DNA of 64,000 nucleotides from the NCBI GenBank assembly GCA_002633005.1, contig NMRA01001033.1, forward strand, positions 1-64,000, read 5' to 3'. Origin of the DNA: Phoronis australis (Eukaryota; Animalia; Phoronida). Shown one piece after another: positions 1 to 12,055 of this stretch (position 1 is the stretch's first letter; each line of letters starts with the position of its first letter). Both the position numbers and the translations under genes were made by a program. Under the pieces are notes generated by a model that saw only the letters and a list, made by a program, of their open reading frames with translations, searched no databases and was not told the origin of the DNA.

Positions 1-1031
1 GTTATCTAGAGCCCGAGTGGATTTTCGATAATTATCTCCCTAGGGGCTTTAGCCCTGAGGGTGATAATTCTCCAAAATCCACGAGGGCTCTAAATAACGG
101 GGAGTAACGACTGAGAACATGTAATAATCTATTTATACCACATACTGAGCCAGAAACATTACAATGAATCGATCTACCTTTCTTGACTCGCCTCGGCTTT
201 GTAACTACTTTCTATGTCAGAGACCCGGGGTCGGAGGTCGTGACCTTTGAAGAAAAACCGGGTTAATTTTGTCAAATAATGCTTTTACTCAAAACCAATT
301 GAAAACTTAAATATAATAGAAAAAATTGAATTTATAAATTAAAGTTTACCAACTATTATAGCTTAAAACACGTATTTTTCACGCTAAGCCTCGACCAGGA
401 AATTATCGTCTGCTAAAATAGGTTACCACTGTTAACTGAATATAATTTTCAAGTCAAAGATCCTGACGACACGATACCCGCATTCAAACTGTAGATCGGT
501 GATTTACAAGTAAGAGGACATGAGAGAAAATTTTCACTGAATTAAGATATCATTTTTGTGGAAATTATGTGTCTTATTTTTCGTAGCGTATAAGTACAGT
601 ACAATGCCCTTTGCTGAACATGCGATTGTTGCGCGTGCTCATTTAAGTATTCTATTTTCACTCTTGATGACGTCAGTCACTGCGTGGTGTAGTGGTAGCG
701 TCTTTGGTGGTCAAGTCGGCGACCAGCAATATAAAGGTCCTGGGTTCGACTCCGTCCTCGGTTTCCCGCCAAATCGTTATCTCACTAGTGAGATATCTCG
801 GTTGTATCTGCCATTCCACACTAATATTGTGGTATAAATATAGATTATTACATGGCGAAGTCGTTATCCCCCGTTATCTAGAGCCCGAGTGGATTTTCGA
901 TAATTATCTCCCTAGGGGCTTTAGCCCTGAGGGTGATAATTCTCCAAAATCCACGAGGGCTCTAGATAAGGGGGATAACGGCTGAGAACATGTAATAATC
1001 TATTTATTGACGCTAATATTGTGGTATAAAT
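1..1031. mobile_element. Crypton-like non-autonomous element (hairpin, internal body, GTGGTATAAAT end) with a second hairpin unit at 834-1007
   Basis: Imperfect palindrome of ~170 bp (ATAAATATAGATTATTACATG...CATGTAATAATCTATTTAT); ATTTATACCAC (131-141) is inverted to GTGGTATAAAT (829-839, 1021-1031). Family assignment is inferred from structure. Confidence 0.6.
682..762 (+). promoter_or_regulatory. tRNA-derived Pol III A/B-box segment inside the Crypton-like element
   Basis: A-box-like TGGTGTAGTGG and B-box GGTTCGACTCC; no full cloverleaf. A deleted version is at ~31685-31741. Confidence 0.55.
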
Positions 1032-1051
1032 GCATTTAACAAGGTAAATTT

Positions 1052-4000
1052 AATTTATCGTAATCTATTTTACACGGGGTACGCAACGAGCTATGTTGCA
1101 ATGTAAAACAAGAGGAGGATTGCAAGTAATGTCATGTATTATGACGTAAATAGATAAAACTAAATAAGACTCTGCAAGATGGGCATGGACAAAACGCCAT
1201 AATGGCACCACGGGAATGCTGACATCGCCCATCCGAGAAAGCGGAAACCGGGCAATAACAAGGGTAGACTATGATAAAATATAGGTATAAATAACGATAT
1301 AATTGAAAACTAGAACACAACAGTCTAGAATATAAAAAACTAGAATATAAAAAACCGCGAAGCAAAATGCAACAATCAATGGAAGTAAAGGTAACTAGAA
1401 CTAATAAATAGAAATTGAAGCCTGCAACTGCAGACCTTTGGCCGCAGGCTGCAAAGACAGACCTGCGAACGGGAGGAGGTCGGCTGCAACAATAAACCTG
1501 ACCTGGGGGGGAATGAAACCGCAGACCCAGAGTAGTGGGAAGGCCGGGCTGAAAAGCAAAGTGAGAGAAATGGGGAACTGCAACAACAGGCTCACCAGGA
1601 GTTCAGGAAGCCTGGGTAAGAGGAAAAAGCAGACTTGCGAATGTAGTTTTTTAGTGCGTCAGATTTCCAGCGCCCCATGCGCTGAATCACCGGTTCAGGG
1701 ACGCCACGGCTGGCCGCTGAGGTGGCAAAAGCTATGTGACTTACACAGTATAAGACTTGGTTTCGAGTCCTGCAAAGGAGACCACTTTAGTTAACATGGA
1801 GTTGAAGCAGGAACATGTAACCGGTGATCCGCTGGCTCCAGTCACTGTACTGGCCACAGCTCGCGAGGCTTGTCGCTTCAAAAACACACTTCTCGGGGGT
1901 GGCGACGGGGCACTGCCGGGAATCAACACAGACGGAATGGCATCCTTCTTCAAGCGTTGTTTCGCGGGGACCTTCATCAGTTCAGCGTACAAATCCCTTT
2001 CGTAATCGGACGGCAGAAAGTGCTTGCCACACACACGGTAATTCTCCACTGCTTTGTACGTTGCGTGGACGGGTAACGCTGCGTTCTTCACACGAACGAG
2101 CCAAGTACGGCGAAGTGTGTCATCCATCGGAAAGCGATGCAAAGGCACTCCCAATGCGCGCGTGAGCCGATAATTNNNNNNNNNNNNNNNNNNNNNNNNN
2201 NNNNNNNNNNNNNNNNNNNNNNNNNNNNNNNNNNNNNNNNNNNNNNNNNNNNNNNNNNNNNNNNNNNNNNNNNNNNNNNNNNNNNNNNNNNNNNNNNNNN
2301 NNNNNNNNNNNNNNNNNNNNNNNNNNNNNNNNNNNNNNNNNNNNNNNNNNNNNNNNNNNNNNNNNNNNNNNNNNNNNNNNNNNNNNNNNNNNNNNNNNNN
2401 NNNNNNNNNNNNNNNNNNNNNNNNNNNNNNNNNNNNNNNNNNNNNNNNNNNNNNNNNNNNNNNNNNNNNNNNNNNNNNNNNNNNNNNNNNNNNNNNNNNN
2501 NNNNNNNNNNNNNNNNNNNNNNNNNNNNNNNNNNNNNNNNNNNNNNNNNNNNNNNNNNNNNNNNNNNNNNNNNNNNNNNNNNNNNNNNNNNNNNNNNNNN
2601 NNNNNNNNNNNNNNNNNNNNNNNNNNNNNNNNNNNNNNNNNNNNNNNNNNNNNNNNNNNNNNNNNNNNNNNNNNNNNNNNNNNNNNNNNNNNNNNNNNNN
2701 NNNNNNNNNNNNNNNNNNNNNNNNNNNNNNNNNNNNNNNNNNNNNNNNNNNNNNNNNNNNNNNNNNNNNNNNNNNNNNNNNNNNNNNNNNNNNNNNNNNN
2801 NNNNNNNNNNNNNNNNNNNNNNNNNNNNNNNNNNNNNNNNNNNNNNNNNNNNNNNNNNNNNNNNNNNNNNNNNNNNNNNNNNNNNNNNNNNNNNNNNNNN
2901 NNNNNNNNNNNNNNNNNNNNNNNNNNNNNNNNNNNNNGATCAGTGTCGGATGACTGCTGAGCCAAGAAGCCTTGGAAAAGACGACCTGAAAGTTGAAACG
3001 AGAAAGTGCATCAGCGACGATGTTAGTGTAGCCAGGGATATGTTTTGCCCGAAAATGAACGTTAAAGGTAAGAGCGGAGATGACCAGACGACGGACAAGG
3101 GACATAATTGGGGGGTGGGGTGGCGGGAGGAGGTCTCGCTGATAATGTCAACGACGGCACGGTTGTCGCACGAGAAAAGAATCTTGTGGTTGGCGAGCTT
3201 CGATCCCCACAGCTCTAGCGCTATGACAATAGGAAGGAGTTCCTTGAAGGTGATGTGATGGTGCTCGGGTCACGGGCAGGCAGACCAGGAAGCCCCCATT
3301 CTCGCAGCAAAACCCCCATTGGAGCCTGCAGCATCGGCGTACAGTTTGATGGTGTTTGAAGATGTCCACTTGTCGAATAGGAACAGTGTTTTCCCATTGA
3401 AGCCTCGGAGAAAGATAGACCAAGCCCTAAGGTCCGCTCTAGCTTCTTTATTGAGATTGATGAAGTGGTCTGGTCTCGAAATACCAATGGTGAGGTTGAT
3501 GACGGATCAGGCGAATTTTAGTAGATCAATAAAGGATTGAAGATCGCGAAGAGTAACCTTCCGGCGCTTCTGGAAGTAGAGGAGGATGTTGGAAGCTTTT
3601 TCCACCTTGTCCTGTGGCGAGAAGCAGTCTTGGTCGTAGAGTCGAGATGGATGCCATGAATGGTGATGGAGGTGGTCGGCTGAATGGTCTTGTCGTGGTT
3701 GATAGGGATGCCTAGGAAGTCGCAGAGCAATATGAATGCGGCGAGGTCCGGGGACCATGTCGGCGAGGATGGGGGGCCCACCACAAAGAAGTCATCGAGG
3801 TAGTGAGAAACGCCGGCGATCTTCAACTTGGTTTCCAGGATCCAGCTGGAGGCACAGCCAAATGGCAGGCACCTGTCGCAGGAGAAGTTGTTGGACCAGG
3901 ACAGACCTAAGGGGTGGTAGTCGTCAGGGTCTACCGGTACGATGCGAAAAGCGTCCTTGATGTCAGTCTTAGACATGAGGGAGTGGCGTCCAAACCGTTG

Positions 4001-4066
4001 AACCAGGCGAATAGCGTCCGTGATGGATTGGTACTGGACTTGTGAGAAATGAGGGGGTATGCGGGA
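1052..4066 (-). mobile_element. Degenerate, 5'-truncated Ngaro/DIRS-type tyrosine-recombinase retrotransposon (copy A)
   Basis: RT motifs KTDIKDAFRIVPV, CLPFGCASS, HYLDDFF; RNase H motifs ELLPIVIALELWG, CDNRAVV, HIPGYTNIVADALSRF; recombinase end GRWKSDALKNYIR (1637-1678); frameshifts and deletions; the gap hides part of the recombinase. Confidence 0.9.
1831..2175 (-). pseudogene. Kolobok THAP-transposase fragment joined into the retrotransposon
   Basis: Near-identical to 33890-34234 (THAP: FPMDDTLRRTW...RVCGKHF). Confidence 0.9.
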
Positions 4067-7000
4067 GTTAACTGGGTTAGAGTAACGAAATAGATATGAC
4101 AAGTTATGAATGAGACGAAAACTGTTAGGGTGAGATTTAGATTTAATCCCACGCGTTCAATATTTTAAAGAAATGTCATTGTTTATCCCTTATGGAAGTG
4201 CGATAACAACTGACAAATTCAGTTTGGGGTGGGGTCGGTGAAACGATTCGCATCCTGTAAAAACTGACAATATTCAGATTGAAATGACTTTACACGTTGT
4301 AATATATACGTGTGTAATGGTTATCAGATAATAACGTGAACGGTCCAGTACACAGCATCAGTTAGTAGTTGGCGGTGGCGGCACAGGTTAGACATATGAA
4401 CTGTTTCCAAAATGCTATAACTGGCACTGGTAAGGTAGTTCAGGTCAAAATCATTTGAAAACATGCCTGGCCAGCTTAGAAACAAAAAAGGGAAAAAAGA
4501 CGCTAGACTGCAGCAAGTAAACGACGTTTCAATAGTTATCGAAAGTCATCCTCAGGTACATCATTTCACAGAAGACAAAATATCATAACGGAATGTTCGA
4601 TTAATATCGCTGTTCGCAATGGCCGAGAATCCTGCCAATTTCCAGTTCCAACCCCCGTACATTACAATTTGCCGTTTTATTGTAGCAATAATTTCTAAAA
4701 TTATGAGAAAAAACGGAATTTCGGTTGCAAAACGTGTTTCATTTTGAAACATACCCCGTTGTAGAGCTCAATTGAACTCGTTATAAACCCGACGTCCATC
4801 ACAAAAAACAACTCTTGATTTTGTCTGTTTTAATTGAAACTAATCGAAATTTGCAGGTTTTTATAACACACTACCCTGTTTGACCACTTTATCTTTACTA
4901 GCAAAATATTGTTGAATTGGCTATCCACAGTTTGTGACTACAGTGATACAAGTGGATTAATAAGAGAGTTGTTTAGAAAACTTCTATAGGGTCTTCTATT
5001 AGCTTAAATGATCAGAAAATTCCAAAGGTGCCCTACATTTTGTGTGTCTTTACTATAAGTTTTCATTTATTACAAATTAAGTCGACGTTACTAGCCTACA
5101 TGTATAACTCTCATTGTATCAAAATAAGTTGATTACAAGTAGTTACAATCTTTATCTGGATGAATTTTTGAAATAAGAAATAATGTCTCTAATATTAAAA
5201 AATACCTTGGATAATGCTACATGTACGTCTGTATCGTTATGCCTTTACCCTAAAGACACAGCAAGATGATGCATCTAGCCTTAAAGGAGAATGCCACCCG
5301 AATAATTAATCTTTTTTGCCGTCTTAATCGGTCTATATCAACATTAACTCGCACACGGTCGACCTTACCTTGCCAAGATGTGTCGCTTTAACCTGTGAGG
5401 AAAGTGAAAAACGACGCTAGCGACGTCAGTGCTTCATATGCAGAGTGAATGCCGCTATGTTGCTGTGCATCGTTCCCGCTTGTCCGAACTAAGCAGCTGC
5501 GAGAAAAGCGGGTATGTCGTTTTTTTGTACTTCCTCGAGAGTCCAAAATGCTTAGGAAATGTACGATGTAAACAGCAAATATGAGGCCGTGAAACATCTT
5601 TGTGTCTGTGGCGTGCAGTCGTCGCGGGGCAGTTCCTGACGAATGCCGGCTTCAGTTCCCTTACAAAAATGAACATAAGTTTTCATCGAAAAACTTAAGT
5701 TTTTGGTCTGAAAAACTTAAGTTTTCATTCCCGAAAACTTAAGTTTTTGGCGAAAACTTAAGTATTTTCGAACAAGTTTTTTGGAACGAACTTAAGTTTA
5801 GTTTTCTGAAAACTTAAGTTTTAAAAACTTAACTTTGTTCCAAAAAACTTGTTCCAAATTACTTACGTTTTTGGAAAACTTAAGTTTTGGAACAAGTTTT
5901 TAGTAACAAACATAAGTCATCAAAACTAAGTTTTTGAAAACTAAGTTTTCCGAACATATTAAGTTTTCAAGGAACTAACTTTTGAAAACTGAAGTTTTCT
6001 AAACGAAATAAGTTTCAATAGGACAGACATTCAAAAATTTCGACTTTCACTAAAACAAGAGTGGAGTACAGTAACAAATTTAATGATTCTCATAAAGATT
6101 TATTAAACTAGACTTCTATTAACATTTGATTAACAGTGATTAATTTTAGAAAATAAAATGCACTTCCTAAAATACACTAGTTCCTTAAGGTTATGTCCAA
6201 CCTTATTTAGTAACCTCCATTCTAACACTTATATCAAAAAACTAAGCTGTGTCAACTAGTAACAGTCAATATTTTCTGAAAGAACAAAGACCAGGAAATA
6301 TAAATATACTTTTTGTATTTATTTGTCATTATTATTTTTGCGTAAAAACCTTTTTTAATTAAAAATTTCATTTTTAAGAAAGGTACATTCATAGCAAAAT
6401 AACCTCTCGGTCGATTTTAACGAAACCTTTTTTAAGTGAAAACTTCATCAATTACCTCAAAAATGTTGTTAGGAGTTTTCGATTAGTTTGTTCGTTTGGT
6501 TTCTATGACAAATAAACTCGCAAAACGTAAGGTTTTTTTTTTTTTAAATTGAAGTCGTATTCGTCTTTGCCACATTACACAAAGACTAAGCTTTTATATC
6601 AAAAATCCTAACAGCGTTTTTGAGATTGGTGACTAAATATTGAGTCTGGAAAGTTTCAGGGAAATCCATCGAGCCATTTTCGAGAACTCGTGTTCCTAAT
6701 TCAAATAAAGTCGATTTGCCGAAGCCGAGAAAAAGCCGATTAAACTGGGACACGTGAAAATCTCTAAGTCTTTGGTTAATTATTCTGTGAAAACTTGTTT
6801 TCGGTATACATAACCTATAGAATACTTAACTATGTCACCTATTTCAATGTTTTCTTGCAATGTCAACTAATTTTGCAGTGCGTAACTACCTTAAATATCA
6901 TTAAAACCTCAAATAGACCTATCTATCGCAGCCAACTTCTGCCGTTTTGTACGACCTACTTAGAAAAGTAGGTCACAGTTCATAGCCTGTACACGTCACG

Positions 7001-8216
7001 TGCTGGTAGACTGATATCAAACCAAGTAAGAAATGGATAACAAAAATTGAATTGGTGGTTAAAGTAAGTTGTTAACATGAAACATCGAAATGTGTTCATG
7101 ACCAAACTGAGGCCTGAGGCAACTCGTAGCATTCGTTTTCAACGTCAACGGTCGTATGCATGTAGACACACAACTCCCTTAGGATCAAAACTATATTTTG
7201 TCTTCGTTTTCCCCGGCACCATTCTATCATAACCACACCTCGTTGGTTCAATGTTATGGCGAATTTGTGAATGAAAGGACTGAGGGTATACCGAAGCTGT
7301 TCTGTACCTGGCGGGAGACTCATTTACTTGAAGCCCCTTTAACCTTTGACCTTGGATAAGTGGTAAACAAATATCCACGCGGTTGTGCGGTTCCAAGGTG
7401 GTTCTGCTAAATCTTTTTTTTTTCTCGCTACGCAGTATATATTTCGTATTTGAAGTTCCCCGAGAATGAAGATAAGTTATTTTGCTAGACACAAGTGAAA
7501 TTTTGTAAAAATGGCCAATTTTTGTGGATAAGGTTGGAAATATCCTTAAAATAAGTGAACATATGTGAAATATCAAAATCTTAAAAACCAAAAACATTTC
7601 AAAAATCAGTTAAATGAGGCTAATAATATATTCATTATTTGCATCGTTCTCAGTCTATGACAATTATGCGATAATTGAGGGAGCAAAATGGAATGTACAA
7701 ACAGAGAAATCACTGCCAAATCATGAAACACAACCAAAGAAAATTTGATTACATAGCCAGGAAGGATTACAACAAAAGTTTACGTTTCAACAGCAGACTT
7801 TTTCAACTAAAATTACAGCAATGACACCAAGAATAACAAATCACTTAATAAGCAAAATCCAAGAATATCCGCAGAGACAAAAGCATAACATAAAATGTAA
7901 CAGGTAACTAAAAGTTTATCGACAATGGCCACAGGTCTGATTTTGGGAAGTACAATCCTTATGCTAGAAATAGTGCCTAGAATCACCTATAATTGTTTGC
8001 AACCTTAAAAATATCAATTTAAAAGTCAAAGTTTCGTTTTGTTGACAATCATAAGAACAGTAAATCCAATACACACCATGGTGCGAACAAGTTTCACTAA
8101 ATGTAACCCTAAGTACAACCTGGTTATACGAGATGGAAATTAGAAAACTTAGACCTTCGACCACAAAAATATTCTTTCTCCTTTAATTTAAAGCTACTGA
8201 ACTTCATACACATATA

Positions 8217-8705
8217 GGGCCTTTCATACTAACATCGACGCGTCGAAGTTTTTGGTAGTTAATGTCAGTATGAACGCTTAAACTTTGGTCCTGGAAGGAA
8301 GTTAACAGCGCCAGTTAATTTTGCACTAAACAGGTGGATTTAATTGCTTAGCATCAACGCTGCGCAGTATAAACGATCAACTTCAGTCCTATCGAAGTTA
8401 TTGCCAGGGGCCACTGCTATCATTAACAATTGCATAGTAGTGAGATGGCTAATAGTTGCTTATACCTTGCTATAATAATCACCAATCAATTTAAAAATAA
8501 GTTTTATGTCAATTAACACAATGTTCCCAAGTTGTCAAATCTTAGCGTGCAGTGCTACCTTGCGATACCTTCGATCACGACAGCGTCACCTACTGTTTAC
8601 TTCGAAGTTCATTAACTACAGAAGCCAGAATGAACGGTCCAGTTAACTTCGCAGTGTACGCCGATGCTCCGCTCAGACAAGAGTTAAGTCAATGTGAAAG
8701 GGCCC
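8217..8705. mobile_element. PIF/Harbinger-type MITE
   Basis: Imperfect TIRs GGGCCTTTCATACTAAC / GTCAATGTGAAAGGGCCC, flanked by TA on both sides. Confidence 0.6.
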
Positions 8706-8883
8706 TATGCTTGACCACAAGCCACTTAATCTTCTTTAGCTGGATCTGCTCGCTTAGCTTCACAGGCAAATAATCCATGTTTTGTGACTAAAAACGCACG
8801 TTTATAAGCTCAGATAACTGAATTTATAGGTTCATGAGCTGCAGTTCGTAAGTGCGTACGTTGCGTTGTCTGGGTAGCCTTCC

Positions 8884-11580
8884 TTATCCAACGATTGTTG
8901 AAGGCACACTCTGCAATAAAGACAAAAAAATTTAAAAACAGACGGGTAAAAGCTATCAGTATAAGACAACTTAACTTGCTGGATATATATCGTGCTGTTT
9001 ATACAACACTGATTTGTAAAACTTCCTAACTTATATACAGAGCCTAGAAAATAGTCTTCTAACTCAAAATTTAACCAATCACTCTACAGGATTCAAGTGC
9101 AAGACTAGTCTGCAAGTTTACTTCAAGCATGCACTACACTGACTGCAGTGGGTCAGTTTTCCACTTACTGTTTTGAATGAAGTTTTAATCCTGGATTCGC
9201 GACATTCAAAACAATTTTATTCTATGCAACTTGAATACAAAACATGCACATGGTCACCTATCATGCTATCGCAATCTAGAACAAACCGTGCATATGACAA
9301 AACTTAATGTGTTAATAAAAGTTGGACTTCAGGCTAACCAGGTATCGTATTCTGTAACTTTTTAGTTCAAGTTCTGCCAAATTAATTAATATTTTTATCA
9401 AATGATGAAACTGTTGGCAACTGCAATAAACTACAATTCCCATTATTTTTATGAACTTTTCATTGTTTAATTCTTTAATCTGATAAGAAAAGGCACAACT
9501 CTACATAATGAGCAAAGCTAGTTGTATTCTAACTAGCTGTCTCCAGCCAGCATAGAACTTCTTACTAATGTTTCATGGACATTTAGTCGGCACAACCAGT
9601 GTTAGAACTGAAAGTTTAATCTCACATGTGTACTTCTGCGTGTACTTTTTGAAACTTATAGCAAAACCAAGAAGCTTTACATTGACTTGACCAAATGGCT
9701 ACAAGAATCAGTGATCTTGTTAAATAGCAGCACTATATTTAACTCAACAATGGAACATATAAAACTCTACCTGCCATGTCGATGTAAACAGCCCAATACC
9801 ACCCCTGTGTGATTGTTTCGATGCAAATGTTTGGATGTCTAGTTCTTCCAAGTACTCCGCCAAGTTAATAGAGACCTGAAAACAATGAGATATTAGCAAA
9901 CAGAACAGCATGCGATAGGTTCTTAAGAATCCAGACATAACCCATTTACAGGGAATGTTATCCATGTAAAGATCAGGGGCGGTGGGGGGGTCCAGGATTT
10001 TGAGTGGGGGGGTTGGGGCAGAGTAGGGGTTTATCCATCAGACATTCACCCCTGCCCCCTCCCCCAACTGCCAATTGATCTTGTAGCGTTTTAGGGGGCC
10101 GGGGCCATGGCCCCTTAGCTGTCCTCTGAATCCACCATTGAAGATACTGGCATGGTCTTCACCAGAAGTCTTACGTAACCATAATAGTTTACAGTGAAAA
10201 TATAATTATTATCTCATGTACTACAGTAAACATAAAAATACTATATCCTGTACTCCTACCAATCACTTTACTGGCTGACATTTGCAAAGATATTAAATTG
10301 AGGTTCCAAGTAAATGTCTAAAGGGAAAAGAATATGCCCCTACAGACTTGGGGAGATCATTCTAGTCAGTCCATATTCAACTCAACTCAACTCCTAGGTA
10401 AAGATGTACCCAGATTAACTATCACTTTCACCATGACACTGAAATATTTGATTTCAATAAAACCAGTCGAAGTCGCATTGAATGTGAAAATTTTAAGTTC
10501 GAATATGGAAACTTTTGCGACATTCCAGTATTTCACAACCCGGTACTCAATCCCAAAGTCAAATCACACAGATTTTCCTTATTGGCATTGAATTATTTGG
10601 TGCAATTAGATAGGAATTATGCAAGTTTCACTGTGCTTAACAATAGTTAACATGTTGACTGGTGAGAGTTCACTTGGGTACATTGTGACCTATGCCAGGG
10701 GTATTCCAGATAGGGTACTAGTAGTGGGATCGGGATGTCCTTTCACATTCAATAACCTAGATCCTCCCGACAAACCTGAGCAAATCAGTCAAAATAGGCA
10801 ATACAATAGTTACATTGGTTATTCTTAATTTTGAGAACCAGGTACATGCGCGCACCCAGGGGAGGCTCGAACGAGCAGCCCCCCCCTCACTTACCGAAGT
10901 GGGCATGAAAAGGTCAGCCTCATAGAAACAAAAAAATTGATAAAACGAGACACGAGTCCACTAAAAAGCTGTAATTCAGGAATGCACTGTGCACAGCTCT
11001 GAACATACAGTACCACGTTTTTTTAAGTAAAAGGTCAACATGCCCAAACTTTGCGCAACCCCATATTTTAGGATTGGTGCGTAGATGAGGCAAGTGAACC
11101 TTGCAAATTATTGACCTGTAGTGATATGAGATTTCAAAATCAGGAGCTTCCAAGAAGTACTACGAACATAGACATAAGAACACACAACCAATGCCAATAT
11201 ACCCAACTTGGGAAATAATTGCACTTTGCCTTGGCAGTTCCCCCCCCCCCTTGCATTGATCACACTGACACAACCTCAGAAGACAGAAATACAATAGAGT
11301 AATAGCCTTATGTGAACGTTATGGCTTCCTCTGATGGACCTCCAGAAGTATATTACGCGTTAGAAGTTTAGATAAATCACACACAGAATGAGTCCATGTC
11401 GATACGTGACAGCGTGACTCGTGAGTGGCTGACAATAACAACTGAACTTAACACGTTCGTTGGAAATCACAGCACCGATTGTGGCCAATCGATTTTAGAA
11501 CGCTCTATGGCACTAACCTGACTTCCAAAACTTCTGAAATGTCTTCTTGCTGGCTCTGCTCGTAGTAATATCAACTTCAT
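8884..11580 (-). other. Putative three-exon spliced transcript (11580-11518, 9875-9771, 8910-8884), 64-aa peptide
   Basis: GT/AG sites with polypyrimidine tracts; phase-0 joins stay in frame; no homology recognised. Confidence 0.3.
9974..10140. mobile_element. MITE with hAT-like ends and 5-bp TSD AAGAT
   Basis: AAGAT-CAGGGGCGG...CCACCATTG-AAGAT. Confidence 0.7.
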
Positions 11581-11880
11581 TGTCGCGGGCTAGCCAACAC
11601 ACGACTTTTTCTTCGAAGTTGACTATCGGTTATAAAATTCAAGCCGTTGACTTTCGGTGGAAACTGCCTTACGAATACAACTCAATACAAAGGAAACTTG
11701 CACAATAACTACGTTTTTTTAAGAATTGCACGAGTTCCATTGATTACATTGTACTGACCAGGACAGTGTCTCAGGGGATTAACATTGGGTGCATTCTTAC
11801 TGCTGTTGGTCACCGGATGTTCGTCTACATTTAAATTCACAAAGACGTGCCGTAATGATTTCATAACTGCTCTAATTCTG

Positions 11881-12055
11881 GCGTGCGTTCAGTAGACGCT
11901 AGGACCTAGGCTAGGACCTAGGCTAGGACCTAGGCTAGGACCTAGCTAAAATCTAGTCAAAGTCACGTGTTCTCATTTAAAATACACCGCAATATCTCAC
12001 GTAATCTCGTGAAGTCTTGCTTTTTAGCGAGGTCCTAGCGTTACTGAACGGGAGG
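11881..12055. mobile_element. Harbinger-type MITE containing about four copies of CTAGGACCTAGG
   Basis: CTG TSD; inverted ends CGTTCAGTAGACGCTAGGACCT / AGGTCCTAGCGTTACTGAACG; 12-bp tandem at 11898-11945. Confidence 0.65.

Noticed and set aside
682-762. Functional tRNA gene (also 59345-59410)
   Set aside because: A and B boxes are present but acceptor and anticodon stems cannot be formed; both lie in repeats.
1741-3258. Long ORFs spanning N runs (also 40140-40749, 55307-55677, 59437-59802)
   Set aside because: They are artefacts of translating through assembly gaps; the apparent RNase H-THAP fusion is not evidenced.
6185-6894. TTAA-flanked element (TTAAGGTTATG...GTAACTACCTTAA)
   Set aside because: The ends share only GGT, so the TIR pair is unsupported.
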